From NCBI RefSeq assembly GCF_018350175.1, contig NC_058368.1, forward strand, positions 110,238,001-110,302,000: a DNA stretch of 64,000 nt, given 5' to 3'. Each line of letters opens with the position of its first letter. Position 1 is the stretch's first letter. The position numbers and the translations under genes were made by a program. The notes beneath the pieces were generated by a model. It was not told where the DNA came from and did no database searches. It worked only from the letters and a program-made list of their open reading frames with translations. This document shows, one piece after another, positions 61,300-64,000 of this stretch. Source of the DNA: Felis catus. Taxonomy: Eukaryota.

Positions 61300-64000
61300 A
61301 ATAAGCAAGTTAACAGAACTTCACAAAATCTTTTTAAGAAGTCAGTGAAGTAATGCACTTAAAGCTTTGACAAAATGGTAGTTGCTTATTAACTTTGTCA
61401 TGAATAACTACGGAATTCAAGGGATTCTGTATCAGGAGCCAGAATTCCTATCGAGAACTTCCTCATTCTTGTAAGGAAAGGATAACAAGAGTCATTCAGA
61501 CCCCCGGAGGCCACCTTCCCTGTCATCGCCTTCCGTGAGGTGTCTCCAGTTCCCTAATACTCCATAATTTCTGGTTACACAGAAACAAACATCATTTTTA
61601 TAAAAACGTTGCTAATTCAACAAGACTTTGCACCTGGCTGGGAGCAAAGCTCAGCCCCACAACTGGGAGATCATTGACTGTATCTTGCCTTCCATGATGA
61701 CTGGCCTAATTATCCCACAACAGCTCAAATGTGATGTTGCTCACTGGATTCTACAGGGCGGCAGACTTTCTTAGAAGAGACATCTGGAAAAGGTAGGACT
61801 CTTCCCCCCATGGAGCTCTTCTTTCTTCCCAAAACAATTCCAGCTAAGCCTCAGAGGAAGTGTACTAAGGAGCTCCCTGCAGCCATAGGCGACGTGACCG
61901 TGGAGTCACGGGGCCATGTCCAAGACCCAGAGCCTGCTCGGTGGGCAGGCCATGAACCCAGGCCCCAGGTGTCAGGAGCACAGGCCCCAGGAGGGAGAAG
62001 AGGGTTGGGGTGGTGACTGGTGAGAGATGAGGCAGCCCGTGGGGGTCAGCCATTCTTTCTACAACCTGTCTGTGGGGCTAATCTAGGGATGGGTAGGCTG
62101 AGCTTCTGAACTGTTTCACACACACAGGCCAGGTTGGTGTGGCAAGGTTGGGGGGAGGGCACCGATGAGTCAGACATCAGTGACAGTGAGGCCGGCAAAG
62201 CACAAGAGCAAAGAGTTAAGACCACATGGGCATGGCTCTCGAGACCACAAAGCTCAACTCCATAAACTGCCTACACTTCTAACAATCTGCATCTATGCTC
62301 CTCAGAGCACCGAGAGGGTGCAGGTGGGCTCCTCAGCCTCGCCACCTCGTCCCCCACTTTAACCCGCTTTCCTACTCCTTCACTAGAGCCTCCCAGGCCT
62401 GCCCCCACACCCCTGCTCAGAGCTCCCAAATGTCCACTCACATGTGGGGACTTGTCCCCCGGCTTCTCTGAGGGGAGGCACCAGGTTCTCAGCGACTAGA
62501 CCTGGGCTGCGTGGCCCAGGGCCCTGGAGCCGTAGGTTCACGGGGCGGCAGGGCCATGGGGCTGGCGGCAGAAGGTGAAGGCGCAGGAAGGGGTTTGCAG
62601 CTCCATGGGAAGGCCAGCCCCCACAGACATCAGGGAGGGGAAAAGGAAGCATAAGCAGGAGATGGTGCGGCTGGAAGAAGCGAGGTGACAGGTGGCCTGC
62701 AGTAGGGCCCAGGACATCTCTGGGGCCTCGGAATGACCTTTTCTAGATGTGAGCTCTGGAAGGAGATTCTGCTCCAGGCTCTCAGAGTCCTTGATCTATC
62801 ACTCCAATAGCGGGCCTGGATGTCCACCCCTGCATTTCTTCTCTGTCCCTTCCCACCAGATAGGGTCTTATTCTACCCCCATCTCTACTTGAGGGCTCCT
62901 CCTCCTAACATACTTGAGTCCTCCACCCACACATATCACCACCATCCCCTTCAACACCCTCCCACCTCCATGAGTTTCTTCCCAACCTCCCCTCCTCCCA
63001 GCACCTCTGCGCTCGAAACCCTCCTGTCACCCACGGTTTGGCCCCTACTGCTCACGGAACGTGACTTGTACTCTTAATTGCTCAGCATACTGCAAGTATA
63101 CAGGTGATTTCTTACAAGTGCTCTTTGTGCTTATTCTTTCTCCCTTCTCATAATCCCACCGTAAGACACCAGCCTACGTACAGGAATTTCCTATAGAATG
63201 CAGCTCAGGACCATCTTTTCTGGTAGCACAAGAGCAGTCACTTTGAATGAGATTAGGTTTACATTTTGTTATACATCTTCATCTAGAATGCCTCATGAAT
63301 CGCTGATAATCTGGTTCTAGTGAGCATGGCCCCAGAAGGGTCTTCATTACTAAAAGTTACCAAGCCAGTTGGTACAACCACTTGGACGGAGAATGGACAT
63401 GTGGCTCAAGGTGGGGCCCTAGTGCGACAGCTAAGTCTTCTGGACTAACAGTTCTGGCTCTGGGGTGGAAATGCCACATGCTGTGGTGCCCCAAGGTAGA
63501 GGACACACAGCAACAGTGAGCAGCCATCCCCACCACGCATCCAGGCTCGTCGTCCAGGTGGGATCTAGGAGGCACGGAGCCAGAAAGTACATGGCCATGT
63601 CAGGTAAGACCACCTTAGGAGAGGGTATAGAGGCTCTGTTTTAGGGAACAAGTTTTGGAAGCTTGCAGGGCTGGGGGTGCTCGGGTTGAAATTCTGAGCC
63701 CTGGACACCACGCGGCTACTGCAGTCAACATAATGTCCAGTCTATGTGGGGGACACTCTGGCACTCCAGCCTCTTCCAGCCTCCAACCCACCCTCTGAGG
63801 GCTCAAGAGCACCAAATCATGGGTCAGGACCAACCTGTGACACTAGATCTGCCATCGGTCACACCCCGAGGTGAGGAATGTGTGGACTAACAGAACAAGC
63901 ATCCTGCTCTGAGACCAGGGATGTAGCAGTGGGACCAGAGAAGGCAGCAGCTACTTTCTCCTTTATTACTCAACAAACGTACCTAATTTCCTTTAGGCTA

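Larger units (their letters stand above)
60685..61390 (+). mobile_element. MIR interrupted by two CanSINEs
   Basis: gtggtggttaggagcataag | aaaccccagctccacca...gcctcagtctcc...aaaat | tgaagtaatgcacttaaagc. Confidence 0.7.

Noticed and set aside
62380..62720. GC-rich stretch as a CpG-island promoter
   Set aside because: It is short, CpG density is modest, and there is no associated gene structure
1..64000. Short ORFs in the six-frame track as protein-coding genes
   Set aside because: All are 152 aa or shorter and overlap in many frames. The only recognisable homology is to L1, L3 or SINE sequence, and no consistent exon chain was found

Overview
This is mammalian non-coding DNA, almost certainly from a felid. 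It carries about 20 tRNA-derived CanSINEs (several matching the young SINEC_Fc type from memory) and a felid-type L1 3' end. I find no credible protein-coding exon, RNA gene or CRISPR array. The ORF track consists of short chance ORFs and repeat-derived ORFs. The window is intergenic or lies inside a very long intron, and is dominated by interspersed repeats: L1, L2, L3/CR1, MIR, MLT1/MLT2 LTRs, and Tigger/hAT DNA transposons. The most notable observations are: (1) a textbook recursive-splice-site-like motif (branch point, polypyrimidine tract, AG|GTAAGT) at 54525-54558; (2) a complete two-LTR MLT1 (MaLR) element with a perfect 5-bp TSD, inside a multi-layer nest of transposons; (3) a 4 x 39-bp minisatellite built from a 12-bp palindrome; (4) SINE dimers and closely spaced inverted SINE pairs; (5) a SINE apparently carrying Pol III read-through flank. 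I see no convincing new multi-component system. Repeat subfamily names are assigned from remembered consensus sequences, and the boundaries of old repeats are approximate.
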